Virus record (IMG/VR): IMGVR_UViG_2706796257_000001
Coordinates: 64,001-128,000 of that record
Source of the DNA: a virus
Taxonomy: Duplodnaviria; Caudoviricetes
Direction: 5' to 3' (one strand)
Length of the DNA: 64,000 nt
Part shown: positions 28,975 through 37,373 of the stretch, piece by piece
Layout of the letters: every line of letters begins with the position of its first letter
How positions within the stretch are numbered: position 1 is the stretch's first letter
Notes under the pieces: model-generated
Seen by the model: only the letters and a program-made list of their open reading frames with translations
The model's database searches: none
What the model was told of the DNA's origin: nothing
Made by a program: the position numbers and the translations under genes

Positions 28975-29207
28975 TATAACTCCGGAAAACTATTTAAAAG
29001 AGCCTTAAAGCGACGAAGTTCTTCAATCTTATAAGAACCGCCGCCACATGATAAAGTTCCGCCGAATTTGAAAGAAGCACCTACAACTTCACCATTATCA
29101 AAATCGACCATCAACATGTTTTCATCATGGCCATTGTTGTATTCAATAGTGCGCTTAATAGTTTGGAATTTTTTTCCATAATCTAAAACTTTCTCAATTA
29201 TTTCCAT
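28974..29207 (-). CDS. Hypothetical protein between the repeats
   Basis: TAATG coupling at both ends. Confidence 0.8.
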   Translation of the reverse strand: MEIIEKVLDYGKKFQTIKRTIEYNNGHDENMLMVDFDNGEVVGASFKFGGTLSCGGGSYKIEELRRFKALLNSFPEL

Positions 29208-29287
29208 TATAGTTTCTCTACCAATTTTTCAATTAATGCTTCAACTTCTAGTTGTTCTGCTCCATCTTTAGCAAATCCAACAGCCAT
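29207..29287 (-). CDS. 26-aa truncated duplicate of the TraR-like N-terminus
   Basis: MAVGFAKDGAEQLEVEALIEKLVEKL. Confidence 0.65.
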   Translation of the reverse strand: MAVGFAKDGAEQLEVEALIEKLVEKL

Positions 29288-29547
29288 TATACTGCCCATT
29301 CTTTTATTTTAGAAAGTAAAAATTCTACTTGCCCAATTTCAAACCATCCAAATTCATTTTCAATTTCTTGGATATTATCTACATCTGTTTTTAAAAGATC
29401 GACCCAAGCGGTACAATGATCTGTATCAAATTCTGAAATACCTACTTCATCGATAGAAGGAATAAATTTCAAAAACAGAGTTATAATTTCTCCATGGTTG
29501 TTGATTACTTTGGTTTCGCCGAGTTTGGAATGAGTAATAATAGACAT
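29287..29547 (-). CDS. Hypothetical protein
   Basis: ORF with GAGG SD. Confidence 0.8.
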   Translation of the reverse strand: MSIITHSKLGETKVINNHGEIITLFLKFIPSIDEVGISEFDTDHCTAWVDLLKTDVDNIQEIENEFGWFEIGQVEFLLSKIKEWAV

Positions 29548-29556
29548 AAAATTACC

Positions 29557-29721
29557 TCACAGAGATTTAATAAAATAAAACATTTCTTTTTGGGCTTCCT
29601 GCATAGCTTTATATTGAGGAATTGCCGTGCCGGAACCTTCATATCGTGTAACATATGCTAAATCAGCTTGACGCAATTTTTCAATAAGATCGAGTAGCTT
29701 GATTTTGTTTTCTTCGTTCAT
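29557..29721 (-). CDS. Small hypothetical protein (54 aa)
   Basis: Manual translation MNEENKIKLLDLIEKLRQADLAY... Confidence 0.7.
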   Translation of the reverse strand: MNEENKIKLLDLIEKLRQADLAYVTRYEGSGTAIPQYKAMQEAQKEMFYFIKSL

Positions 29722-29813
29722 AATTGGCTCCAAATGAAATCGATAACATTGCGAGTGAAAAGTGGATTATTGTACTGAACGTAGAGATAAGCTACGACTA
29801 CCAAACTTTTCAT
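29718..29813 (-). CDS. Small hydrophobic early protein (31 aa)
   Basis: MKSLVVVAYLYVQYNNPLFTRNVIDFIWSQL; AGGAG SD. Confidence 0.75.
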   Translation of the reverse strand: MKSLVVVAYLYVQYNNPLFTRNVIDFIWSQL

Positions 29814-29840
29814 TTTGTTCTCCTAGTTGATTACTAGTCT

Positions 29841-29870
29841 ATAGTATCACGGTCTTTGGAGAATGTAAAC
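29841..29870 (-). promoter_or_regulatory. Early promoter
   Basis: GTTTAC-N18-TACTAT. Confidence 0.85.
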
Positions 29871-29911
29871 AGCAGAAACAAAAATGCCCCAGCATAAGCC
29901 GGAGCAGAGTG

Positions 29912-30295
29912 TCACTTAAGGGAGAGAAGATACTTGAGCTGGTAGAAAGTACCAACGATATCATCTAAGGTGCTTTGGATAGCACGAGGGACTTTAGAGT
30001 AGATCTTGTCAGATTCAGCCAAGATCAAATCAATCATTTTTATAGTGTCAGTCGGTAAAGATTTTTGCTCTGGAACTTGAGGAGCATATTTCTTTCCGGA
30101 AAAGCCAAGCCACTGTTCACCAAACTTATCGATCAAATCTGGTAACTCGTCGAATATGAAGTTGTATGCTTTATGACGAGAGTAGCTTTCTGTTTCAAAG
30201 TGGGCTGAATGAAAGTAAGAGCGAGAAGCCATCAACAACCCAAGATAAGCATCCGCTTCAGATGCTTTGCCTTTAGCAAAATCTTCAAATTTCAT
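29912..30295 (-). CDS. rI.-1: rI.-1 ferritin/Dps-like protein
   Basis: YFHSAHFET.SY.RHKAY, ELPDLIDKFGEQ, KYLLSL. Confidence 0.92.
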   Translation of the reverse strand: MKFEDFAKGKASEADAYLGLLMASRSYFHSAHFETESYSRHKAYNFIFDELPDLIDKFGEQWLGFSGKKYAPQVPEQKSLPTDTIKMIDLILAESDKIYSKVPRAIQSTLDDIVGTFYQLKYLLSLK

Positions 30296-30569
30296 GTTCT
30301 TCCTTTTCAGTAAATCGATTGGTGTAATATTCTTTAGCAACCTCTACGCCAGCAGCTTCGCACGTGCTAGTACACGGTTGTCTATCCCATTTTGACTTAA
30401 CAAATGAGAAGAATTGCTCACTTTCCCGTTTATTATAAATTTTATATTGAGTATACACTTTAAGCGCACCCTCAAAATACTCATCAAATTTAGGATTAAA
30501 CGTGTCTGCATGTACTGGAACACACATAATTCCAATAAGCGCAGATAGAAATAGAGCTCTTAAGGCCAT
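30285..30569 (-). CDS. rI: Antiholin RI (lysis inhibition)
   Basis: N-terminal signal, FD.Y.EGALKVY, two Cys. Confidence 0.9.
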   Translation of the reverse strand: MALRALFLSALIGIMCVPVHADTFNPKFDEYFEGALKVYTQYKIYNKRESEQFFSFVKSKWDRQPCTSTCEAAGVEVAKEYYTNRFTEKEEHEI

Positions 30570-30580
30570 AATCGGCCTCC

Positions 30581-30793
30581 TTATTTTTGTCCAGTGTTTT
30601 GTTTGTGCTGTAATACAGCCTTAACTTCACTGAGGTATTTTTCCAGCTTACGTTTACGTGTATAATCTGCTTTCGAACCGTATAGACGTAATTCTTCTTG
30701 AAGGTGCGAAATACCATGCCCAATCTCACGACGAAGTTCGTCCAATTGTTCTACAGTAAGATTACGAAGTTGCTTTTCGTTTAAATGCTGCAT
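30581..30793 (-). CDS. rI.1: rI.1
   Basis: [20 protein letters not shown]...[13 protein letters not shown]. Confidence 0.9.
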   Translation of the reverse strand: MQHLNEKQLRNLTVEQLDELRREIGHGISHLQEELRLYGSKADYTRKRKLEKYLSEVKAVLQHKQNTGQK

Positions 30794-30817
30794 ATACACC
30801 TCATTAGTTAGTAATAG

Positions 30818-30825
30818 TATTTATA
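30818..30825 (-). promoter_or_regulatory. Late promoter for rI.1/rI
   Basis: TATAAATA. Confidence 0.85.
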
Positions 30826-30840
30826 AATGTAGTACTATTA

Positions 30841-31419
30841 TTACATACCAGTTAATTCACACCAGTGTTTGCGGCAAAGAGATACATACTTATCTTCGCC
30901 ACCTAACTCTATTGTATTACCTTCTTTCACCGCGTTTCCATTTTCATCTATACGAGCCACCATGGTAGCTTTTCTTCCGCAATGACAAACTCCTTTCATT
31001 TCTATCAATTTGTCAGCAACCGCCAAAAGAGAAGATGAACCTGTAAATAATTTACCTCTAAAATCTGTGCGCAATCCATATGCCATAACCGGAACATTAT
31101 AGATATCCACGATTTTACATAACTCATGAACATTAGCTTCAGTTAAAAATTGCGCCTCATCAACAAATACGCAATGAATATCTCGTTGGGTTTGAGCCCA
31201 TTTGAAAAATTCAAATATATCCATATCAGGCGTGATTACATTAGCTTCTTGGCGAAGACCAATACGTGACACAACTTCAGTTGCCGAATCTCTATCATCA
31301 ATTCCCGGTTTGAGAATTAGTGTACCCATACCACGTTCTTTATAGTTATGAGCAGCTGTAAGAAGAGAAGCCGATTTCCCGGCGTTCATACTTGCATAGT
31401 TGAAATACAATTGAGCCAT
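30841..31419 (-). CDS. tk: Thymidine kinase
   Basis: MNAGKS, VDEAQF, YGLRTDF, CHCG..YVSLCRKH. Confidence 0.99.
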   Translation of the reverse strand: MAQLYFNYASMNAGKSASLLTAAHNYKERGMGTLILKPGIDDRDSATEVVSRIGLRQEANVITPDMDIFEFFKWAQTQRDIHCVFVDEAQFLTEANVHELCKIVDIYNVPVMAYGLRTDFRGKLFTGSSSLLAVADKLIEMKGVCHCGRKATMVARIDENGNAVKEGNTIELGGEDKYVSLCRKHWCELTGM

Positions 31420-31607
31420 TATGAGTCCTTCACTAAATTTTCCAGATATTGTTCTAAAGCATTTTCAGCTTTTGTTAATTTATCTGAAATTTGATAATAT
31501 GTTTCAGCGCCGCCATAATCGGAATTAATCTCAAACGACAGGTCTTTTTCTAAATCAATTATATCACTAATCATCTGACGTATATCATGCTTTTGTTCCT
31601 TTGTCAT
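31419..31607 (-). CDS. tk.x-family hypothetical
   Basis: MTKEQK.. small acidic ORF. Confidence 0.75.
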   Translation of the reverse strand: MTKEQKHDIRQMISDIIDLEKDLSFEINSDYGGAETYYQISDKLTKAENALEQYLENLVKDS

Positions 31608-31777
31608 GTCGTTATCTCATCTAAATATTTTTTAAGCGCTGCTTTATCGTCATCTAAAATTTTACGATAAGTTTCCCAATCATGACCAGTAATTAATTCA
31701 TCCTCATAATTAATTTGAGAACTCAAAAGCTCTTCAACAAGAAAAATAATTTCTTGATTTTGTTCTTTTGTAATCAT
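31604..31777 (-). CDS. tk.x-family hypothetical (57 aa)
   Basis: Manual translation MITKEQNQEIIFLVEELL... Confidence 0.7.
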   Translation of the reverse strand: MITKEQNQEIIFLVEELLSSQINYEDELITGHDWETYRKILDDDKAALKKYLDEITT

Positions 31778-32252
31778 TATTCACCATCCCAATCAACCAC
31801 AATAATATCAATATCAGGAGTAAACATATCAATAATCAACTTAATTTTATTCCAATCACCGCCAGCGATGCCAGCACCAATACGAGGAATATAAACTGTT
31901 GGATTTTCCAGACATTTACTAGCCCAACGATTTAAGCCCTGGAAAGCGTAGAGTAATGCACTATAATCTAGATTGTTACCTGGCAGATATTGTGTATAAA
32001 GCTGGCAGATATTGTGTATAAAGATTGAAGCAAATTTGACCACGTTCACCAGTCGCTTGAGTGTAATTTCCCAATTTATCTGGGTCCGCATGCTCAGTTT
32101 CATGAACATCAATTGCCAAGATTGGAGGATAAGCTTTCGCTAACTGCCCGGCTACCCCGGCTCCCATTGTATGGAAACAGTTGCAACCATGAGCTACATT
32201 ATGGCCTTCTAAGAATATCTTTACAATATCGCCTTTGATATATTTTAATCAT
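31777..32252 (-). pseudogene. tk.4: tk.4 macrodomain protein, disrupted twice
   Basis: KYIKGDI, AHGCNCFHTMGAGVAG and PRIGAGIAGGDW fall in different frames; ATG out of frame; 22-bp duplication. Confidence 0.9.
31980..32023. repeat. 22-bp perfect tandem duplication
   Basis: CTGGCAGATATTGTGTATAAAG twice. Confidence 0.97.
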
Positions 32253-32650
32253 TTTTTCACCATATAAGTTGAATATTCGTCAACATCATTATATACTCTA
32301 ATAAAAAATGTATCGCACGTTTTCATTATAGTTTTCGCTGTGTTATAACTATCAAATGACGCTATCAAAAACGATTGCTCTATTTCTCCTTTAGCGCTTT
32401 TCTCGCAGCCCCTGATATTAAAATAACCAATGGGTATAACGACTTGGTCACCTTTATCATTATAATTATAAAACGATATACCAAGAAGCTCTTTAATTGG
32501 AATATAAATTAATTCTACATTTCGTTTAAAAGAACCGGAAGTTTCAATTTGTTTACCGGTTAGTGCTAAAACCTCTTCAGGATAGCCTGGGAGTTTTTCC
32601 CAGGCATTCAACGCAAATGTAATGAATAATAAACATATTAATTTTTTCAA
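32249..32650 (-). CDS. Secreted hypothetical protein
   Basis: Signal peptide MKKLICLLFITFALNA. Confidence 0.8.
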   Translation of the reverse strand: MKKLICLLFITFALNAWEKLPGYPEEVLALTGKQIETSGSFKRNVELIYIPIKELLGISFYNYNDKGDQVVIPIGYFNIRGCEKSAKGEIEQSFLIASFDSYNTAKTIMKTCDTFFIRVYNDVDEYSTYMVKK

Positions 32651-32967
32651 TTAGTTAATCCTCTCATGTATTGCTCTAATAATCTATTTCGGTAATCAAA
32701 ACAGATTTCAGTATTTGGAGCTTTATCACACAGATTATTAAGTTGTTTAGTTTTACGATTTATTAAAACGTTCCACTCCGATTTTGATTTAGATGCTCTT
32801 ACTCCGTCTTCATACGCCCCGTCCAATTGCAAGGACAAGATATCAATGCATTCTGCGTTTGTAGAACAAAATGATTTAGCGATTTTAAGCGATTCCTCCA
32901 TATTATCACCAGAAGCGTTTGCTCCCGATATAAGCAAAAGACTAAGCACAAGAGCGATTTTTTGCAT
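32647..32967 (-). CDS. vs: Valyl-tRNA synthetase modifier Vs
   Basis: Signal-like N-terminus, four Cys, AYEDG, RL...Y.RGL. Confidence 0.8.
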   Translation of the reverse strand: MQKIALVLSLLLISGANASGDNMEESLKIAKSFCSTNAECIDILSLQLDGAYEDGVRASKSKSEWNVLINRKTKQLNNLCDKAPNTEICFDYRNRLLEQYMRGLTN

Positions 32968-33515
32968 TATTCTACCTCAATTCTCAATAGTTTATTTGAC
33001 TTTAGATAATATGCTTTTTCTAGGACTTGACTAGCATATCTGTTTCCAGATTTCCAGTTGTTCCCGGCGTTGTAACTTGCAATAGCTTTTCGCATATTAC
33101 CATTATATCTATTTAACCAATAAGAAAGTTCAATATATGACCATGACGCTGAATTCGATCGTTTATTCAACATTTTAATTATTTCAGCGTCAGTCATTTC
33201 CCACCCAATTTGTTTCAATCTAGCCCGCATTGTTGGAAGATAGTTTTGAAACATTCCATATGCTTGGTGACCAGATTTTCCTTTGGTTTTTAACCCAGCG
33301 GAAGATTCTTGCCAGACCAAAGCTGCCATAATATAACCTAGCCCTTTATTATCATAGCGGTTTGCTTGTGTTTTATATTTGCCATCCTTTGCAAATTGCT
33401 CTCCAAACTGATAAGCATAATTCAGATTTTCGAGTTGGACATTACTGAAGTTGTGCTCGGACCCAAAGGCCATTGAACAAAAGGCCAATAGACCTACGCA
33501 TAGAGCTTTTTTCAT
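32967..33515 (-). CDS. vs.1: Vs.1 (lytic transglycosylase-like)
   Basis: WQESSAG, YGMFQN, AIASYNAG. Confidence 0.92.
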   Translation of the reverse strand: MKKALCVGLLAFCSMAFGSEHNFSNVQLENLNYAYQFGEQFAKDGKYKTQANRYDNKGLGYIMAALVWQESSAGLKTKGKSGHQAYGMFQNYLPTMRARLKQIGWEMTDAEIIKMLNKRSNSASWSYIELSYWLNRYNGNMRKAIASYNAGNNWKSGNRYASQVLEKAYYLKSNKLLRIEVE

Positions 33516-33533
33516 GTTTACCTCATTTAAAAC

Positions 33534-34001
33534 TTAAAGATAAATTACGTGTTTGCTAGTTTTTCCTTCGTATCTATTTGTATTAACAAAAGCCATCCGA
33601 CACTGCATAGAATAAGGAGTAGAGAAAGTTTTACCAGGAGTAGGTTTTGAAACAGTGAAACCAAGCCAAAGAGTTTTGTCAGTGATTTCAAGGCGAAGAG
33701 GTCGATACTCAATATTTGGGTCTAAATTTTCTTCTGTATCTGGTCGTTCCGGGAGCTCAAGAAATTCATTAACTTCGACGACATGATTTGAAAGCTTGTG
33801 AAAAAGTTCAAAAACATAGTTCTCGTCAATTTCTCGTTGAATGGCGCGGTCCAACAAATGTTGAGAGTATTTTACATGAAAACCTGGAACTCCGGCGGAT
33901 TCGCAGGCGGCTTTTATTTCGGAATTAATTTTAGCAAATTCCGTTTCAAAAAGACGACGAAGTTTGTTGCGGCGGATGAATACTTCTGCATTAGTTGACA
34001 T
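33534..34001 (-). CDS. regB: Endoribonuclease RegB
   Basis: EVFIRRNKLRR.FETEF, KYSQHLLDRAIQREIDE. Confidence 0.96.
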   Translation of the reverse strand: MSTNAEVFIRRNKLRRLFETEFAKINSEIKAACESAGVPGFHVKYSQHLLDRAIQREIDENYVFELFHKLSNHVVEVNEFLELPERPDTEENLDPNIEYRPLRLEITDKTLWLGFTVSKPTPGKTFSTPYSMQCRMAFVNTNRYEGKTSKHVIYL

Positions 34002-34029
34002 TTATTTCTCCTCTTTATGATATAAGATT

Positions 34030-34059
34030 ATAATAACACATAAAGAGGAGAAAGTAAAC
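34030..34059 (-). promoter_or_regulatory. Early promoter for regB
   Basis: GTTTAC-N18-TATTAT. Confidence 0.85.
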
Positions 34060-34061
34060 GG

Positions 34062-34342
34062 TTAGTATTTTTCTTCTGGTTGGAACACTGAACGACATGC
34101 CCACATAGATGCTTCTTTAAGACGTTCTTTGGCTAAACGAATCTGGGACACACGCGCTGTTGCTTCATCTAACTCGGAATTAGACACATTATCTTCACTT
34201 GCAAGCCCAATGTAGTAATCAGCATGAGACTTTTCAATTCGCTTAAAAAGGGTGCCTAAAACTAATTCAATTTCTTTGATTCGTTTACTACCGTGATTTT
34301 ATCGTCTGTATGTGGTTTATAGCCTTTAATATCTTCAATCAT
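34062..34342 (-). pseudogene. vs.4: Vs.4/Acb2 anti-CBASS cyclic-nucleotide sponge, -1 frameshift
   Basis: MIEDIKGYKPHT... and LKEASMWACRSVFQPEEKY in different frames; 281 nt. Confidence 0.88.
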
Positions 34343-34565
34343 ATTTCACTTCCTCATTTGTAGCAATATCATATTCAACTAGACGAATAGGCTCTTCCAT
34401 CCCATACCCGCTCATAGAAATATAAGTGGATGGATAAATTGTTTCCTTTCCGTCCCAAGTTCCACCGGCCCATGCTTCCATAAAGTCTTGTTCACCGGAA
34501 TTAACTAGCCAATCAACGAATGATTTAAGGGCCATTTCCGACCCTTCAATAACTATTTTAGCCAT
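34335..34565 (-). CDS. vs.5: Vs.5
   Basis: MAKIVIEGSE...NSGEQ.F.EAW...EPIRLVEYD. Confidence 0.8.
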   Translation of the reverse strand: MAKIVIEGSEMALKSFVDWLVNSGEQDFMEAWAGGTWDGKETIYPSTYISMSGYGMEEPIRLVEYDIATNEEVKYD

Positions 34566-35095
34566 TATTGTGTTCCTATAACAAAAAATAGAGGTAGCTC
34601 ATTGGTGTTCTTGAATGAAGAACAATGAGGACCTTTGAAATGAGCTTCGTAAAATTTGTTAATGTCAGGCAATCTAATTGGCTCGTCTATGATATAAAGA
34701 ATACGATTAAGTGTTCTTCCACGGCATTGGTATCCACCATTGTCAATAAAAGACCTGACTGTTTCTACAAAACAATGATTGTTAAATTCTTGTTTGTTAT
34801 AATTGTGATTTCTATTAGAGAAAAACTTATCACTAATAGCAGCATGGGTGATTTTAGCGTATGACTGTTTATTGGAAATTATAATAACTGAGCCGCCATC
34901 ATTTAACCAGTCGGAAGCGAATTCAGTTATAGCAGTAGTTTTACCAGACTGCCTTCCCCCGTCTAAACGAAGTGTTCGATTATCTCTGATATCTGAAATT
35001 GGGTCATAGCAAAAATTTGGATTATTTGAGCGACTGAATGCTTGGTCTTTAAAGGCATGCATCAGGGTCAGATAAATTGGTGTTAAGTATTTCAT
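34565..35095 (-). CDS. vs.8: Vs.8 P-loop NTPase-like protein
   Basis: MKYLT.IYLTLMHAF, LDGGRQSGKT, YIIDEP. Confidence 0.85.
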   Translation of the reverse strand: MKYLTPIYLTLMHAFKDQAFSRSNNPNFCYDPISDIRDNRTLRLDGGRQSGKTTAITEFASDWLNDGGSVIIISNKQSYAKITHAAISDKFFSNRNHNYNKQEFNNHCFVETVRSFIDNGGYQCRGRTLNRILYIIDEPIRLPDINKFYEAHFKGPHCSSFKNTNELPLFFVIGTQ

Positions 35096-35104
35096 ATTTC
35101 TCTC

Positions 35105-35260
35105 TTTTGTTGGGGCCGTTCCGTGGCACATGGATGGTCCATTTATCCAATGTAACTGGCATTACCGCACTTGGGCTAGGCCTTTTTACAGGCTCCAGAA
35201 GCTACTTCACTCAGAGGACTCGACGTTCATGAGGAGAGGTCTGGCTGCTTTTTATGAAGA
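35105..35260 (-). ncRNA. Candidate structured leader RNA upstream of vs.8
   Basis: GC-richer intergenic tract with several short stems and no credible ORF. Confidence 0.45.
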
Positions 35261-35265
35261 GACTA

Positions 35266-35529
35266 TTAATATTTTCCGCTTGTTAGTACGCCAAAATTAT
35301 CAAAATCGTCTTCAACATCAGAAGGGTCTACCTTTTTACCAGGTACAACATAAGCAATTTCGCGGCGTTTAGCATGAGTAACAATTTCTTTACCTAAGCC
35401 GTTAAAGAAAGAATAGCCATTTCGTTTTAGAGACCCAAAGTCTTCTGCGTCGCCAGTAAATGCACGAACTTTAAATGCGCCTTTTGGAGCTTTTACTGAC
35501 TCGTTAATAAATTCTTCGTAAGTTTTCAT
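35266..35529 (-). CDS. Internal head protein
   Basis: Capsid-targeting sequence MKTYEEFINE. Confidence 0.85.
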   Translation of the reverse strand: MKTYEEFINESVKAPKGAFKVRAFTGDAEDFGSLKRNGYSFFNGLGKEIVTHAKRREIAYVVPGKKVDPSDVEDDFDNFGVLTSGKY

Positions 35530-35577
35530 TTTTAATTTCCAGTATTAACCAAATAGTTAGTAACGTTCTGTAGAATA

Positions 35578-35607
35578 ATTATAACATCATCTACAGAACG
35601 TGTAAAC
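35578..35607 (-). promoter_or_regulatory. Early promoter
   Basis: GTTTAC-N18-TATAAT. Confidence 0.85.
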
Positions 35608-35614
35608 ATTTAAA

Positions 35615-36091
35615 TTATTTGATTGATTTGACGTATCGGGTAACACCTTTGTCATTGACAAATGCAATCTTACCGCGGCTGTTATACATTGTCACAGTAC
35701 GCTGATAGCCATAAGTCTGTTTACCCGCCTGATAACCAATCAAAGCGAAGTTATCTTCACCAGGCTTGTTCAGTTTAGCTTTGATACGTTCATGGCCATA
35801 AGCCATTAAACTTCTCTGATCACCTGTGTTCAATGCTTTGCGAACACTTTCATCGTCAACAGAGGAAACAAAATCCTCAAATGAGCTGAACTTGGCGTGG
35901 CTCTTGTTGTAAAGTTTGCCTTCAACTACATAATTATAGCCCATAACATCCATATCAACTTCAGTACCATCTTCAAGTACTACAGTGATTTTCTGACCTT
36001 TCTTGTATTTCAGCAGACCATCAGTAGATTCGTTAATGATAATCTGAGAAATTACGCGGGCTTCATTGATAAAATCTTCATAAGTTTTCAT
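35615..36091 (-). CDS. Internal head protein (Ip4-like)
   Basis: [10 protein letters not shown]; [30 protein letters not shown]. Confidence 0.85.
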   Translation of the reverse strand: MKTYEDFINEARVISQIIINESTDGLLKYKKGQKITVVLEDGTEVDMDVMGYNYVVEGKLYNKSHAKFSSFEDFVSSVDDESVRKALNTGDQRSLMAYGHERIKAKLNKPGEDNFALIGYQAGKQTYGYQRTVTMYNSRGKIAFVNDKGVTRYVKSIK

Positions 36092-36578
36092 ATGCTTTCC
36101 AAGTTCCTTTTTCAAAAGTTTTAATAACGCGACGAGCGCGATTAGTTGTTTGTTTGTACCATTTAGATTGAGCTAAATTTACAGCAGCTCTATCCCAATC
36201 TTTAGCTTTTAATAAAGCCATAGAATTTTTAAAACCCGCTACACCAGCTACACCCATTTGAAAAACCATGTTAATCAGAGCAGCCAGACGAGGTTCATCA
36301 CCAATAAAAGAATTATATACAGGTTTTAATGTAGCATTTTTAAGAATTCCAGAAACTGCAGTTTCAACATCATTCTTGAAAATAAGTTCAGCTTCTGATT
36401 GAGTAATTTTGCCAGACGTATTACGACCAACAAGACGGTCCAACTCGCTGATAGCTACAGATTTATTAGGGTTTTTAGTCAAAAGATGACCTATACCGAC
36501 GGTCCAAAAACCTTCGGTATCTTTATAAATTTCAAGTTTTAAACCTTCGTCGATGCGAAGCATGTCAAAAATGTTCAT
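36078..36578 (-). CDS. e: Endolysin (T4 lysozyme)
   Basis: [13 protein letters not shown]...YKDTEG.WT.GIGHLL. Confidence 0.99.
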   Translation of the reverse strand: MNIFDMLRIDEGLKLEIYKDTEGFWTVGIGHLLTKNPNKSVAISELDRLVGRNTSGKITQSEAELIFKNDVETAVSGILKNATLKPVYNSFIGDEPRLAALINMVFQMGVAGVAGFKNSMALLKAKDWDRAAVNLAQSKWYKQTTNRARRVIKTFEKGTWKAYENL

Positions 36579-36608
36579 AATACCTCCCCTTTAATAGAGG
36601 TATTTATT
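36579..36608 (-). promoter_or_regulatory. Late promoter variant and RBS-sequestering hairpin of e
   Basis: AATAAATA; AATACCTC..GAGGTATT stem. Confidence 0.85.
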
Positions 36609-36834
36609 AATCCCAACTTTTGACAAAAAGGTCCGCCATGAATTCTTCTAGTCGGGTTTCTACAGAAGCGGACACTCCTGAAGATATAGAAACCAGATAA
36701 CCGCAAATAGGCTTAAAACTTTCTAGGTTATTTTCCATTTCATATTTAATTTGCTCTTCGGACTCGTTATCACCAAATGAATAGAGATAATTATATCCAT
36801 TTTTTGAATTTACATAAATTGCTACGCTCATCAT
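36607..36834 (-). CDS. Hypothetical protein
   Basis: ORF. Confidence 0.7.
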   Translation of the reverse strand: MMSVAIYVNSKNGYNYLYSFGDNESEEQIKYEMENNLESFKPICGYLVSISSGVSASVETRLEEFMADLFVKSWD

Positions 36835-37079
36835 ATCACCCATGAATAACGCATCATTAACATACCAGAAGCCGCTAACGGCTCAACAGAATAAATCCAC
36901 GTTTTTGTATATTTTCTGCATAAGTCTACTAACTCACCTATGTCATGAACCACAACGGATGTTAAAGGTAGAGTTATATGACCCGTATTAGTTAATACTA
37001 TCGCTTTCGGGTCATCAATAACTAAGTGCTCAATCTTCTCGTCTTCTAAATAATTTACAAGTTCTTCGAGTTTATTCAT
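36831..37079 (-). CDS. Hypothetical protein
   Basis: ORF. Confidence 0.75.
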   Translation of the reverse strand: MNKLEELVNYLEDEKIEHLVIDDPKAIVLTNTGHITLPLTSVVVHDIGELVDLCRKYTKTWIYSVEPLAASGMLMMRYSWVI

Positions 37080-37091
37080 ATACCATCCAAA

Positions 37092-37292
37092 TTATATAGT
37101 ACGTCCTTCGACGATTTTAGCTAAAGACCAATTTTTAGTAATGAATTCAATGATTAAATTCAATTCTTTAGCTTCGACAATATCAGTTACGTGGTTTTCG
37201 TGATTTCCAGTATTCAGAACAGCACGAAAATGATCGAATTTACCAAAATCATTAGTTACTTTATCGATAGTTACAGTGTTAAATTTAGCCAT
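37092..37292 (-). CDS. Hypothetical early protein
   Basis: GGAG SD before MAKFNTV. Confidence 0.8.
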   Translation of the reverse strand: MAKFNTVTIDKVTNDFGKFDHFRAVLNTGNHENHVTDIVEAKELNLIIEFITKNWSLAKIVEGRTI

Positions 37293-37343
37293 GATTTTAT
37301 TCTCCAAGTTAATTTTGTTTTACCATTTATTTGGTATGAAGTA

Positions 37344-37373
37344 ATAATAACACATCCGTCCATGGATGTAAAC
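37344..37373 (-). promoter_or_regulatory. Early promoter
   Basis: GTTTAC-N18-TATTAT; spacer nearly identical to 394-423. Confidence 0.85.

Larger units (their letters stand above)
28924..29291. repeat. 55-bp direct repeat (28924-28978 and 29237-29291, one mismatch)
   Basis: TGCTTCAACTTCTAGTTGTTCTGCTCCrTCTTTAGCAAATCCAACAGCCATTATA. Confidence 0.95.

Noticed and set aside
32249-32252. Programmed stop read-through fusing the secreted protein to tk.4
   Set aside because: The in-frame arrangement is a by-product of the indel at an ATGA overlap, and the gene is broken again downstream
35195-35240. Hammerhead ribozyme (CTGAGTGA...)
   Set aside because: Core spacing is not CUGANGA and no GAAA/stem III arrangement is present
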